NCBI GenBank assembly: GCA_964016885.1
Contig: OZ024762.1
Span: 27,962,001-28,026,000, forward strand
DNA: 64,000 nucleotides
Direction: 5' to 3'
From: Eledone cirrhosa
Lineage: Eukaryota
This document shows positions 40,362 to 53,699 of this stretch, one piece after another (within the stretch, counting starts at the first letter, position 1; the number at the start of each line of letters is the position of its first letter). The position numbers were made by a program, and so were the translations under genes. The notes beneath the pieces were generated by a model. It had not been told where the DNA came from. It saw only the letters and a program-made list of their open reading frames with translations, and ran no database searches.

Positions 40362-41632
40362 TCAGCCCTGGAGAGGGATGGGCTCCACCAGGTCAGCCCT
40401 GGAGAGGGATGGGCTCCACCAGGTCAGCCCTGGAGAGGGATGGGCTCCACCAGGTCAGCCCTGGAGAGGGATGGGCTCCACCAGGTCAGCCCTGGAGAGG
40501 GATGGGCTCCACTAGGTCAACCCTGGAGAGGGATGGGCTCCACCAGGTCAGCCCTGGAGAGGGATGGGCTCCACCAGGTCAGCCCTGGAGAGGGATGGGC
40601 ACCACCAGGTCAACCCTGGAGAGGGATGGACTCCACCAGGTCAGCCCTGGAGAGGGATGGGCTCCACCAGGTCAGCCCTGGAGAGGGATGGACTCCGCCA
40701 GGTCAACCCTGGAGAGGGATGGACTCCACCAGGTCAGCCCTGGAGAGGGATGGACTCCACCAGGTCAGCCCTGGAGAGGGATGGACTCCACTAGGTCAAC
40801 CCTGGAGAGGGATGGACTCCGCCAGGTCAACCCTGGAGAGGGATGGGCTCCACCAGGTCAGCCCTGGAGAGGGATGGACTCCACCAGGTCAACCCTGGAG
40901 AGGGATGGGCTCCACCAGGTCAGCCCTGGAGAGGGATGGACTCCACCAGGTCAGCCCTGGAGAGGGATGGACTCCACCAGGTCAGCCCTGGAGAGGGATG
41001 GGCACCACCAGGTCAACCCTGGAGAGGGATGGGCTCCACCAGGTCAGCCCTGGAGAGGGATGGGCTCCACCAGGTCAGCCCTGGAGAGGGATGGACTCCA
41101 CTAGGTCAACCCTGGAGAGGGATGGACTCCACCAGGTCAACCCTGGAGAGGGATGGGCTCCACTAGGTCAACCCTGGAGAGGGATGGGCTCCACTAGGTC
41201 AACCCTGGAGAGGGATGGACTCCACCAGGTCAACCCTGGAGAGGGATGGACTCCACCAGGTCAACCCTGGAGAGGGATGAGCTCCACCAGGTCAACCCTG
41301 GAGAGGGATGGGCTCCACTAGGTCAACCCTGGAGAGGGATGAGCTCCACCAGGTCAACCCTGGAGAGGGATGGGCTCCACCAGGTCAGCCCTGGAGAGGG
41401 ATGGGCTCCACCAGGTCAACCCTGGAGAGGGATGGGCTCCACCAGGTCAGCCCTGGAGAGGGATGGGCTCCACCAGGTCAACCCTGGAGAGGGATGGGCT
41501 CCACCAGGTCAGCCCTGGAGAGGGATGGACTCCACCAGGTCAGCCCTGGAGAGGGATGGGCTCCACCAGGTCAACCCTGGAGAGGGATGGGCTCCACCAG
41601 GTCAGCCCTGGAGAGGGATGGGCTCCACCAGG
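40362..41632. repeat. 31-bp GC-rich minisatellite, about 41 copies, TCA(G/A)CCCTGGAGAGGGATGG(G/A)CTCCAC(C/T)AGG
   Basis: Direct reading; accounts for the overlapping repetitive ORFs at 40027-41866. Confidence 0.97.
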
Positions 41633-41744
41633 CTTAAAAACTACCCAAGAAACGCTGTATGTCAATACGGCACCTCTACAACTCTATCAAGAGTTACGGG
41701 ACCTTACATACATGCTATAGGAAGTGTTTGTGGTGGCCTTTATT

Positions 41745-42145
41745 GGTGTAGTATAGTGTGGTGTGGTGTAGTGTGGTGTGGTGTGGTGTTGTGTAGTGTA
41801 GTGTGGTGTGGTGTAGTGTGGTGTGGTGTGGTGTTGTGTAGTGTAGTGTGGTGTGGTATGATGTAGTGTAGTGTGGTGTGGTGTAGTATAGTACAGTGTA
41901 GTATAGGGTAGTGTGGTGTGGTATAGTGTAGTGTGGTGTGGTATAGTGTAGTGTGGTATAGTGTAGTGTGGTGTGGTGTGGTATGATGTATTATAGTGTA
42001 GTGTGGTGTGGTATAGTGTGGTGTAGTATAATAAAGTATAGTGGGATGTGGGGTATTATGAAGTTGAGAGGTGAGGTGTAGTGTAGCATGGAGTGGCGAT
42101 GTGTAGTGCTGCAGAGGTGTGTAATGTGGTGTGATGTGTAGTGTG
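41745..42145. repeat. (GTGTG/GTGTA)n pentanucleotide microsatellite
   Basis: Direct reading. Confidence 0.9.
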
Positions 42146-42523
42146 GACTAGGTGCTTTTTGTTGTGACACCTACACAACCACTTTGCATTATGGGCTGGG
42201 TGCTTTTAGTCATGACACCAACATGACCACTGTACAGCGTGGAGTAGGCACCTTTTGTCATGTCACCAACACGACCACCTTACAGTGTGGACTGGAAGCT
42301 TCACTGGATGTATACTTCAGCTTGTCCCCTTGGAAGTGTTTAGGGTGGGGTGGTGCATACTATATATGTGTATCAGCTTTGGCCTGTGGTCGTGGCAAGT
42401 TGGGTCTTCTGTATTACTGTGTGATGCCAGAGATGTCGGTTCTGTGTCATCACCTTTGAGAGGTGCAATTGGGCTAAGTCAGCTTTTATAACCTCATCAT
42501 ATATATATATATAAAGAATGAAC

Positions 42524-42635
42524 TGCTCTGAGGATCCAGTGGTCACAGCATTGGATATTTGATTTCTGCAAATAGTTGTAAATTTGCATATAGCATAACT
42601 AGGCTGTAGTATCACCGTGGAAACATTTGTAAGCA
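42524..42635 (+). ncRNA. Type I hammerhead-like motif with long, decayed stem II
   Basis: TGCT-CTGAGGA-TCCAGTGGTCACAGC...GCTGTAGTATCACCGTG-GAAA-CATTTG-TA-AGCA, in an island between (TA)n tracts. Confidence 0.6.
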
Positions 42636-42827
42636 CACGGAATGAATTACCTTTTTATGATGTCTACCTGTTATTATTCATTCTTTATCTACACTCCGGA
42701 ATACAGAAGGATCAGGAACTAAGTTTCTTCAACAATTCTTCCATAACTCGTTGAGTAACCTGTCACCATACGTCAACCATATCCAGTGTAGTAATTAACC
42801 ATTACTACATCTTGGATAATCCTATAC

Positions 42828-42918
<91 letters not shown>

Positions 42919-43064
42919 GCTTTCCTGATAATTTCTCCCGAATGAAACAGCTCTAGTCCTGTAGAAGCCATTTCTATATTAAATATTTATACTCTGCTAT
43001 GTATTGAGTACCTTAATTACTGTGGTTACCCCTGATTGAACCTGGGCTAAACATATATATATAA

Positions 43065-43252
43065 AGAAGGAACTGTGGTAAGGAACCAGGTGGACCATAA
43101 TGCACCAGAGCACTCGATACTTAGGGTAGTAGAGTGGGTAATAGGAAAAGAGTCAGGACCCCGACAGCAGAGCTCAAGCTGTTTCGACGGCTATTTCTGG
43201 AGTCCAGAAATAGCGGTCACGATGGCTTGAGGGGTCCTGACTCTTTTCCTAC
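43065..43252 (+). mobile_element. Unclassified short repeat family with terminal hairpin (copies 17510-17670, 57350-57548, 63295-63422 -, partial 11868-11960)
   Basis: TGTGGTAAGGAACCAGG..GACCATAA..CCAGAG.ACTCGATACTT.GGGTAGTAGAGTGGGTAA followed by the inverted pair TAGGAAAAGAGTCAGGACCCC/GGGGTCCTGACTCTTTTCCTA. Confidence 0.7.
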
Positions 43253-46003
43253 ATATATATATATATAAAACATATATATATATATATATATGTAAAACGG
43301 TGATGATGATGATGATGATATATATATATATATATATATATCATCGTCATCATCATCACCGTTTTACGTCCGTTCTTCCACGCTAGCATGGGTTAGACAG
43401 GTTGTCCTGTTGTGGGCAGTATCTGGTCGGCTGACCTTATCTTGCTCATACGGGAACTGATTATGGCTTGATTTTTGCAGCTGGATGCCCTTCCTAACAC
43501 CAACCTCATTTACAGTGAGTGCTGGGTGCTTTTTTTTCCATGGCGCCTACACGTCCAGTTTACAGTGTGGGCTGGGCTGCTTTTTTGCTGTGGCACCTCT
43601 ACGATCACTTTGCAGTGGAATGATAGGGACCCCAGTCCTATCATCTCATTTCTACAGCTGAGTAAACTGGAGCAATGTGAAATAAAGTGTCTTGCTCAAG
43701 GAAACAACACATCACCCGGTCTGAGAATTGAACTCACAACCTTTCGATTGCAAGCCCAATGCTCTAACCACTAAACCATGCGCCTTCTTCTATATATATA
43801 TATATTAGGTGCATGGCTTAGTGGTTAGAACATTGGGCTTGCAATCGAAAGGTTGTGAGTTCGATTGTTGGATCAGGTGATGCGTTGTGTCCTTGAGCAA
43901 GACACTTTATTTCACGTTGCTCCAGTTTACTCAACTGTAGAAATGAGTTGCGACATCACTGGTGCCAAGCAGTATCAGCCATTGCCTTTCCCTTGGACAT
44001 CATCGGTGGCATGGAGAGGAGAGGCTGGTATGCATGGGTGACTACTGGTCATCCTTAAACAACCTTGCCCAGACTTGTGACTCGGAGGGAAACTTTCTAG
44101 GTGCAAATCACATGGTCATTCATGACCAAAGAGGGTCTTCCATTTAATATATACATATGTATATATATATATTCAATATATGAATGGTGTGCTCATGCAT
44201 GGAGATGCTTATAAAGTAGGATGAAGATCCTTAAAGATGGAAAAAGAAGTTGTCATCAGCTGCTGTATTTTATACATTTTTATACAATTGAAAAACACAT
44301 CTCCATTCTCTCCACTTGGGTTCTTTTGATAAAAGTTTGAAGAGAGACATCCTTCATCCTACTTACTAGTTTCAATATCTACGTATCCTCCTCTTCCTCC
44401 TCATCCTCCTCCTCCTTCTTCTTCTTCTTCTTCTTCTTCTTGGGAAGTTTATGAGGTGCAGAGTCCTCAAACACTCCTTCCATTGGGGTCCTGTCAGAAG
44501 CAACTATTTCCCACTCATGCGGCTAGATTCCTCAAGCAAGACCAATTGACCTCATGGATGTTAGCCTACCATCTTATTCAAGGTCTATCTCTGGGTCTCT
44601 TGCCAGTTGGTTTTTGCCTGTAAAATCTCTCCAGTATCTCTTGTAACTTAACCAAAATCGATAGTTTGTGATCGATGATTAATTACATAGTTCGATTTTA
44701 GGTTGTGGTCATGACATGAAATAACGCAATAGTGAATTTTATTAGTTCCATCTGAGTACATATTTTTCTTTGAAATATGTGCATTGTGTATATACAATAT
44801 ATTGTGTATTCTCTTAGATATATGGTTCTCTCTCTATATATATATACATATATCTTTTACTTTTGAATTATATACAGTTGTCCCCCACCATTCGCGTGCG
44901 TTACGTTCCTAGAGCGCCTGCAAAGAGTGACAAAAACCGCGAATATTCGGACGTGATCCGTAAAAATGCCTATAAACGTCAACATATAACGTAAAATATA
45001 ATTTTTTTAAAAAGGGATCGTCTTGTGCGAAGGGGGCGTCCAATAGAGCGGCAAATACGGTATATTGTTATTATTAATTTAGCGTTAAATATATATATAT
45101 TGCCACGAAAAAAGCCATTAAAAAAATCGCAGAAGATATTTACGATTCCGCGAATATGCGGTGGTTTCCACGAACAATTATTAATTAGAAAAAATCCGCG
45201 AATAACCGAGATCGCGAATGGACACATACATACACCTTTCATTGTAACAGACACATAGGAAAGCATTGATTAAATCATTTTTTTTTTTTCATTTTATTAT
45301 TATTTTCCTTTAGGGCGGTGGATTGGCAGAATCGGTAGAGCGTCAGACACTTTGCAGCATAGAGTTATGGCCCTTTACGTTCTGAGTTCAAATCCGGCCG
45401 AGTTATGTTCAATAAAAGATGAAAATGTAAACGCATAAAAGAGATAAAAGAAGAAGAAAAAAGTGCGGGTGGCAAATACGACCATCAAGTGACCACCAAG
45501 TGCGACAATCGGCCGCACATCATATCTTAAGTGTTAACTAAACACTTTGAGGCAAGCTAATATGCTCGCAGCATTGCCACGGGTGATGGTGAGGCTAAGG
45601 CGCTGAAACAACCAGCACCCTCATCACAGACATCACCTGATAACTCGGTAAGATAGGGTGATGGCGAGGCTAAAGTGCTGAAACAACCAAGCATCCTCGG
45701 CAGCGCATCACATTTAGCTTGCAGCATCGCCACGGGCGATGCTTAAACGAGAGAGTGAGAAAGAGGAAAAATTGACCCCAGCACTTGACTGGTATTTTTT
45801 TTTTATCGGACATCGAATGGAAAAAGCTATCGGTAAATAACCTGCTAAACAAATAACGATAACAAAATAAAAAATATAAAAAATTCTTCTAGTTCTTCTC
45901 TTCTAGTTAATTCCCTTATTTTAAACATTATCAAGCAGTTACCTCCCTTACGTAGTTTAGTATTGTGAGTTATTTTCCCTTGATTTCTTCTTATCTTCTT
46001 CAG

Positions 46004-46102
46004 TCATCCCGCCATCGAAGTATGCAGACTTCCCGATCTCTCATTGCAACAAGAAGATCCTGTCCTGTGAGGCCAGTGTCCCTCTCCAACAGAGTGCTGA
46101 GG
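46004..46102 (+). CDS. Candidate 99-bp internal exon of an unidentified gene (..IPPSKYADFPISHCNKKILSCEASVPLQQSAE..)
   Basis: Long polypyrimidine tract + CAG, open frame, phase 1-1, donor GG|GTTAGG; non-repetitive GC-richer island. Confidence 0.4.
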
Positions 46103-47372
46103 GTTAGGTTTGGACGTTGTACTCAGCTCTTTTCATCTAATGACCAGAGAAGCATTTTGATTGAATTATCAAAGAAAATAATTGTGTAGCTCTGCTACAA
46201 TTGTTTCTACTTTTGCACAAGGCCAGCAATTACTCCAGTGCATTACTGGTACTTTATTTTATCGATCCCGTAAGGATGAAAGGCAAAGTTACCTTAGCAG
46301 GATTTGAACTCAGACCACAAAGGGCCATAACTCTATGTTGCAAGCATGGCGTCCGACCCTCTACCGATACTGCCAATCCACTGCCTTTTTATTGAAATAA
46401 TTGTTTCTACTTTTGGCACAAGGCCAGAAATAATGACTTGTAGTTTTATATCTAATCTAATCTGGTCGAGTTTACACTCGCAAATAAGAAGGACCAGGGC
46501 CGCCCCTAGGAGCATTGGATTTGGTGTACTTCATATTTGTTTCGGTTGTTGAATACAATCGGGGGTCACTGCTTCTCAATTTGCATTGATCATCTGCAAA
46601 GCCGCATTGTTCTCAGAACCACTACACCAGTCTTTCGATGCGTGCAGCTGGAAACTACTGCCACCCAATGATTTGGCAGGTTTTTATTTATTTATTTTTT
46701 TTTATTTTTTTAGATGGCCGTTGACTCTTATGAGTTCTTCCGCCCTTTGTCACTTTGTCAGGTTTTTTTTTATCTGCATGGTGTCCAAAATGACTCCTCT
46801 TCACAAGTAAACTTGGTGAGGTTGCCGGTTCAGTCGCCGACGAGCCGACCATGCGACGGGTTGTACTGGGTTACATGCTACCAGTAGCATTCGAGAGTGA
46901 CCCGACATATAGTTTTATATGGCGTGTGTAAAAAATATATAATAATATAATTCATTGAACAGTAATGATAATGGAAACAAAAAAGTGGTGGTGGTGGTGG
47001 GGTGGGAGCAATTCACCATCAAGTGCGACAATCGGCCGCACCTGACATCCTAGGATTTAACTACACACTTTGAGGCAAGCAAACACGCTCGCAGCATTAT
47101 CGTTTATTTTTGTGTTCATCAATGACATTATATTTGTAATGTTCATAAAGGGTGGTGGATTGGCAGTATCGGTAGAGGGTCGGACGCCATGCTGGCCCTT
47201 TATGGTCTGAGTTCAAATCCCGCCGAAGTTAACTTTGCCTTTCATCCTTACGGGGGTCGATAAAATAAAGTACCAGTAATACACTGGTATAATTGCTGGC
47301 CTTGTGCCAAAAGTAGAAACAATTATATTTGTAATGTTCTTCCGATCGAATTGCGAGCAATTTATAATGTTA

Positions 47373-47873
47373 CTAGCTGAGATACCCGGCTTCGCCTGGG
47401 AGAACATTTAAGAGAAAATGACTGTATCGGATGTGTTGTTTGGTATGAGGTGAGAGCATAAATTGTGTGTGTGTGTGTGAGAGAGAGAGACATAAAAAAA
47501 AAAACAATCATAAAACTTCCTTATTAGGCTGGGGGAGTAAACTGCCGATTAAATGGTAGCATTGGCCTTGGATTTTAAATGTGAAATAATCATAGTCAGT
47601 ATGATCTTTTTTTAGTTCGAAAGGACGTCATCTGAAACACAGCAATATACCACATAACATTGCTTCTGAAGTATTGCTTCGTTAGTACGGACCGTAAGTA
47701 GTATATGGATAAAAGCTGGAGGGTAGATTAATTTCAAATAGTATCAATTTTTCTTTGTTCTGTAAAATCAAAGACAGTAAAACGACTTTATAAAAGCTAA
47801 CGCAATATTGTTAAACCTTCCTATAGATCAAAGGATCCATAGTTTAAGCCGTTTCTAGACTTTCGTGGGACGT

Positions 47874-47966
<93 letters not shown>

Positions 47967-48159
47967 TTTCTCTCTCTCTCTCTCTCTGAATATCTAACAC
48001 TTTAATTGTATATCTCTCTGTATAACGGCCTATCGCTCTCTTTCTGCATCTCCCCATCTGCCTCTCTCTCTCTCTCTCTTTAGATGTGTGTGTGTGTGTA
48101 GTTTTCGTGTGATTCTACCAACCATCAAATAAACACCTTTCTTTTATATTATATATAGA
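47373..48159 (-). mobile_element. Complete non-autonomous Helitron containing a (GA)n tract
   Basis: Minus strand: A|TCTATATATAATATAAAAG ... CCCAGGCGAAGCCGGG hairpin ... CTAG|T; A|T target and no TSD. Confidence 0.75.
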
Positions 48160-48179
48160 TTTACGCATTTCTAATATTA

Positions 48180-49897
48180 CACCATGTAACAAAAATTTTC
48201 TTTTTCTCTGTTCCTGGCTTGTAATCACATGTTTGTGTTCCTTAGGTCCCAAATAAATAAAAAAGTGCTATTAAACAGTTAAAAGTTTGGGTTTGTAAAA
48301 ATTCTAAGTTATTTACTAGAATTATTTATATGCTAGATTTTACGTTGTATGTAAGTTTAATTTGCTTATGTTAAATGATTTGTTTATATATGTTTCAGGT
48401 TTAATTAAAATTATAAAATAGAGAGTAATAAAAGTGCAATAAAGTATAAAATTGTTAAAAAGTCGATTAAAGAGATTTATTGATACTGGATTTTCGCACC
48501 CTGAATAAAGGGTAAGTTGTGTTTTAAGCATTCGTCTCCAGGATGAAGCAGTGGAACTTGGTCAAGGAGGAAGTGCAGGTGACAAGTCAGAGAAGTCGAC
48601 ACGAACCTTTCTCAGACTTTTACACTCTTAGGGATGGCCTCTGCTTCTGCCATGACGTGCCTGGACTGTTTGACGTTATTGGGTGCCGTTTGTGCCCAAG
48701 GAGTGGCGACTATTTATAGACAGCTCCACCACAAGTTTGAAGGCTGACCTCCTCCACAATGGAAACAAGTTCCCGACACTGCCCCTAGCTCATTCAATCT
48801 GCCTGAAGGAAGATTACTACAGTGTGAAAGTCCTCTTGGAAGCTTTGCAATAGAACCAGTACAATTGGGAAATCATTGGAGACTTCAAGATGGTGGCTTT
48901 CCTGCTTGGACTCCAAGGAGGCTTTATCAAATTCCAATGCTTCCTCTGCCTTTGGGACAGCAGAGCCACCTCTGACCACTACAAAAGAAAGAACTGGGAG
49001 CAACGAACAGAATTTGTAGTTGGGACCCGGAACGTCATGTGGGAGCCACTGGTTGACCCCAGGATTGTGCTCATGCCGCCACTGCACATTAAGTTGGGGT
49101 TGATGAAGCAGTTTGTGAAGGCACTCAACCAAGAATCAGCCGCTTTTAAGTACCTTCTTGAGTTCTTCCCCAAGTTATCTGAGTCCAAAATCAAAGGTGG
49201 AATTTTTGTTGGACCTCAGATAAAGAAGGGGTTTTAGTCTACCGAGTTCTCCAATAAGCTCAATAGGATTGAGAGAACAGCATGGAACTGTTTCAAAGCA
49301 GTTGTTAAGGGCTTCCTGGGCAACTACAGAGCTGAAAACTACCAGCAACTGGTGCAGGATCTGATAAAGGCTTTTGGCGCCATGGGATGCAGGATGTCGC
49401 TTAAACTCCATATGCTGGACGCTCACCTGGAACAATTCAAGAACAATATGGGCGCCTACTCAGAAGAACAAGGCGAACGAATCCACCAAAATGTGAAAGA
49501 GATAGAGCGGAGGTACCAAGGCCACTACAATGAAAAAATGATGGGCGGCTATATATGGGGGCTAGTGCGGGAATGCAACCTGGACTACACCCGCCTATCC
49601 AGGAAATCCAGTCATTTCTGACTGTATAAGTTGCTTTATAAGTGTTATTTGTTTTTACTTGTTTGCTTTTGATAAGCTTATGTAATAAAATAAATATATA
49701 CTCAGTTGATTTAATTATATGAACTGATAAATTTTTTTTAAATGTGTTTTTTCTTGAAAAATATGAAAATTTCGAAATATCAAACTCCTGAAACAAACCC
49801 AAGCTTCTGATTAAATAATAGTGTTTTTTTATAATAATGGGATATAATAAACCAGGAAATGACACTTAGAACCGGGGAAAAAATATGTTACACGGTG
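48180..49897 (+). mobile_element. Chapaev3-type (CMC) DNA transposon, internally deleted, transposase pseudogene
   Basis: TIR CACCATGTAACA / TGTTACACGGTG with TTA TSD on both sides. Motifs WRLFIDSS..SLKA.LLHNGN, GDFKMV, CFLCLWDSRA, PPLHIKLGLMKQFVKAL and SEEQGER.HQ, with a stop and frameshifts. Confidence 0.85.
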
Positions 49898-50263
49898 TTA
49901 TTTATGTATATAGTTACGTCCCTTTACGGCCTGAGTTCAAATCCCGCCGAGGTTAACTTTGCCTTTCATCCTTACGGGGTTGATAAAATAAAGGACCAGT
50001 AACGTACTGAGATCGATTTAATCGACCCCCCCCCCCCCCCCCCATCCCCCATCCCCCCAACAAAAAAAAATTACTGGCTTTGTGCCTATACTAGAAATCA
50101 TTCATGTATATATTTAAAACATATTTGTAATGTTATTTATACAACTGTAAGGAATCTGCTGTATTCAGACCTGGGGAGGAGATGGGCTCTGCCTGCTGTT
50201 AAACAAATTACCCAAGATGTCAAATATCAATACGCTGCTCATACGACTCGCCCGGGAGGTACG

Positions 50264-50530
50264 GGGCCATGCAGGCATGGATATTGTAGCGCCCTTGGGA
50301 ATTACGGGGCCATGGAAGTATGGATACAGTAACGCCTTCGGGAATTACGGAGCCATGGATACAGTAACGCCCTCGAGAATTACGGGGCCATGGAGGTATG
50401 GATACAGTAACGCCCTCGGGAATTACGGGGCCATGCAGACATGGATACAGTAACGCCTTCCGGAATTACGGGGCCATGGAGGCATGGATACAGTAACGCA
50501 CTCAGAAGTTATGGGGCCATGGATGCATGG
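50264..50530. repeat. 34-43 bp minisatellite, about 6 copies
   Basis: Recurring CATGGATACAGTAACGCCCTCGGGAATTACGGGGC. Confidence 0.85.
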
Positions 50531-50824
50531 ACACCATAAAGCAATCAAGCCCGTTACCAAAAAAATTGTTGACCCCTGATTTCGACTAAAATGATCCTTG
50601 ACTAAGCAGACAGTCCTATGTTTATTGAAGATACTCCAGCCATGACCATCCCTGATGTTATTTTATTTATTATTATATTTATTTTTGTGTGACGGTGTGT
50701 TGATAGAATCAGTAGAGTGTCGGACACTCATGCATCGCAGCATAAAGTTACGGTCTGAATTGAAGTCCCGCCGAGGTTAACTTTGCCTTTCATCCTTACG
50801 TGGTCGATAAAATAAAGAAAGTGG

Positions 50825-53240
50825 TGTAAACAACAAATTTGGTTTTAGAACGTGTAAAAACCCACTCACTAACCCACTATTAGATACATTTGAGCAGGAC
50901 CTTATGGACTTAATCCTTAAAATTAAATTCAAAGGACGTAACACCAACAACAAATTACAGAAAGATATTAAAAAACTACTGGACGACCTTAAAAACACCA
51001 AAGGAATTGTAGTAAAAGCGGACAAAACATCTAACCTGTATACTATGGACTGCACTACATACAACAACTTCATTCGAAAAGAATTACATAAAAAATATAG
51101 AAAAACGAATGAAGTAACTCTTAAGCACATCAATGATGAGGCATGCGAAATAGTGAAAAATCTCGGAATCGAAGATAGGACAGGACCACTCTTACCGGCG
51201 GTACCCACCTTCAATCTTAAGGACCATAAGGTAAACTTTGATAATGACCCTAAAATTAGATTAATCTGCCCCTCTAAATCAGATATAGGTAAAATAAGCA
51301 AATATATCTTAGATAGAATCATCCCCCAAATTAAGGCTAAGGGGAACTCTGGGGGAAGACCCAAGAAGCAATAAGATGGTTTAATAGCATTAGCAATAAG
51401 AATAAATCTAAGTTTATCCAGTTTGATATCGACGAATATTACTCATCGATATCACCTGAAACTCTGAATAGAGCCATTAAGTTTGCTAAGGATAACTCTG
51501 ACCTTACAAACGATGAAATTAAGATTATATTAGAAGCTAGGAAAACTATAGTCAAATTTGAGAACAGTTATTGGGTTCGTAAAGATAGACCCTCTAACTT
51601 TGACATAACAATGGGCTCTAACGATTCGGCGGAAATAACCGATATTGTGGGGTTATTTATCGCCTTTAGACTCCAGGAAAAATTCAGCAATCTCCACGGT
51701 GGAATATACCGCGACGATCTTCTCCTCCTAGTTAAAAACCTAAATAACCAAAAACTAGAAAAACTACGTAAAGATATAAGAAAACTACTACTCGAAATAG
51801 GACTAACTATAACATATGAATACAACCTTAAAGTAGTTAACTTCCTGGATGTCACACTCAATTTGAACTCTGGTCTGATTAAACCGTTTCATAAATTGAA
51901 TGAAAATCTCAAGTACGTAAATGTTGGGTCTAACCACCCCATCTCTATAATTAAATCTATCCCTAAAAATATTTCACTTAGAATCTCGGGTCTATCTTCT
52001 AACATACAAGTATTTAAGGAACACGCCGAGTACTACGATAACGCCCTTAGTAAAGCAGGCTACCTCAACAAAATAGAGTATATAGATGAGAACAATCAAA
52101 ACACTCAAAATAAATCCCACATAGGTAGATATAATAACACAACACCAAACCACACTTACTACCATAGTATACACACCAGTAAACCAACAAACAAAACTAA
52201 TAGAAAGCGATGCAAAGAGTACTTATGGTATAACCCTGAATACAATAGTTCCATTAGTACAAATTTACCAGTACTCTTCTTTAAAATAATTAAGAGATAT
52301 TTTCCTACATCACACAAATACCACAAAATCCTAAACCCTACCACTATAAGACTGTCATACTCTACAGCGTTAAACCTTGAACAACACATAAAAAAGATCA
52401 ATACTAGAAGGTTAAACGAAAACACTAAAAAATTAAGTACAAAGAACACAAAAAAAAAAGTAGACAATACACTACAGAACATAAATAAACCACTAAGTTC
52501 GTCCGCAATACTACTCCAGAGAAAACCCAACGTACACAACTGTAACTGCACCTATCCTGACAACTGCCCTCTCGGCAATAACTGCGTGGAAAAAAATATC
52601 ATTTATAAGTGTACCATTAAATCCGGAGGCAACGAGTGGTATTACGTGGGATCAACGGCAACATCGTTTAAATCTCGATTATATAGGCATTCTTACTCAA
52701 TAAAACACCAGAGCCAAAGAAATGTAACAACTTTAGCAGAAAAAGCTTGGATGCTCAGGGATAGCGATCAAAAGTTTACCCTAAAATGGGAGAAATTAGC
52801 TAAAACCCAAAGCTTTTCCAGGAGCCAAAATTTCTGCAAATTGTGTGATCTTGAGATTTATTACATAATCATACACAAGAAATTGCTTAATAACAGAATT
52901 GAACGAACATTATTCTGCCGTCACCGAACTAAAACCCTTTTTCCCCACTACAAGCTGAATATTACATAAAAGAAGGACATCCCCCCAACTATATAAACCT
53001 CAATCTAGTTAGAAAAATATAAAAACAATCTCTTCTCAACATATATATGTATATTAATAACCTTAAATTACCACACTAATAATGGAAAGATATGCTGATG
53101 AGAATAGGTGCGAATATGCTATAATGAATGTGTCTAAAAGCGACCATATGTATGTATATATATGTGAAAATGTATATAAATAAGTAAATATATATATATG
53201 TTTGATGTGTATAGTTAGATGTAAGTGTATTCATGTATTA
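50825..53240 (+). mobile_element. Penelope-like element (probably Hydra-clade), 5'-truncated, frameshift at ~51345
   Basis: KFGF, KADKTSNLY, LKDHK.NF, RLICPSKS, QFDI..YY, MGS.DSAE, GIYRDD, NFLDV, CNC...CPL...C, IIY...YVG GIY-YIG-like endonuclease; stop at 52969. Confidence 0.88.
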
Positions 53241-53244
53241 AAGT

Positions 53245-53278
<34 letters not shown>

Positions 53279-53699
53279 ACTGACCTCTTCCTCACACTTC
53301 CACTCACTCACTCACTGTTCTCCCCTTCTCACTTCACCCCGTTCGCGACGAAAACAATTTCCTTCTTTCTTACATTGGATTCATCTCGAAAGGTCTAATT
53401 TCTACTCGCTCATATATTCACCCAGCTTATACTGATAGAATAACTATGTAGCTTGTGTCTCTTTCTATCTACGGTTAGCTTTCCTCTTTGTTGTTTACTT
53501 GTCTCACTCGCTTTACGCGTTTTAATTGTCCTAATAACTTAATTTAGTTATTATTGCACCAACGTGAGGTATATGATTTTTAATACAATGAAATATCTAT
53601 GATCGTTGGCAAATCACTGATGAGGGACTCATTTTATAACATGTTATCCATGTGCAACCTGCAGTATTCTTCTCCCCATTTTTTCATATATATATATAT

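Noticed and set aside
40027-41866. Long repetitive ORFs (GEGWAPPGQPWRGMGSTRSALERDGLHQ)
   Set aside because: Translation of a 31-bp minisatellite that is open in all three + frames; no splice or domain evidence.
42917-42970. Hammerhead-like CTGATAA...GAAACAGCTCTA
   Set aside because: Core mutated and stems weak; at most a decayed relic, not counted.
43808-43880. tRNA gene
   Set aside because: Has A-box and B-box but no acceptor stem, and continues into a SINE body.
53090-53640. CTGATGAG motifs at ~53096 and ~53617 downstream of the first Hydra-like PLE
   Set aside because: Could not complete stem II, GAAA and stem I pairing.
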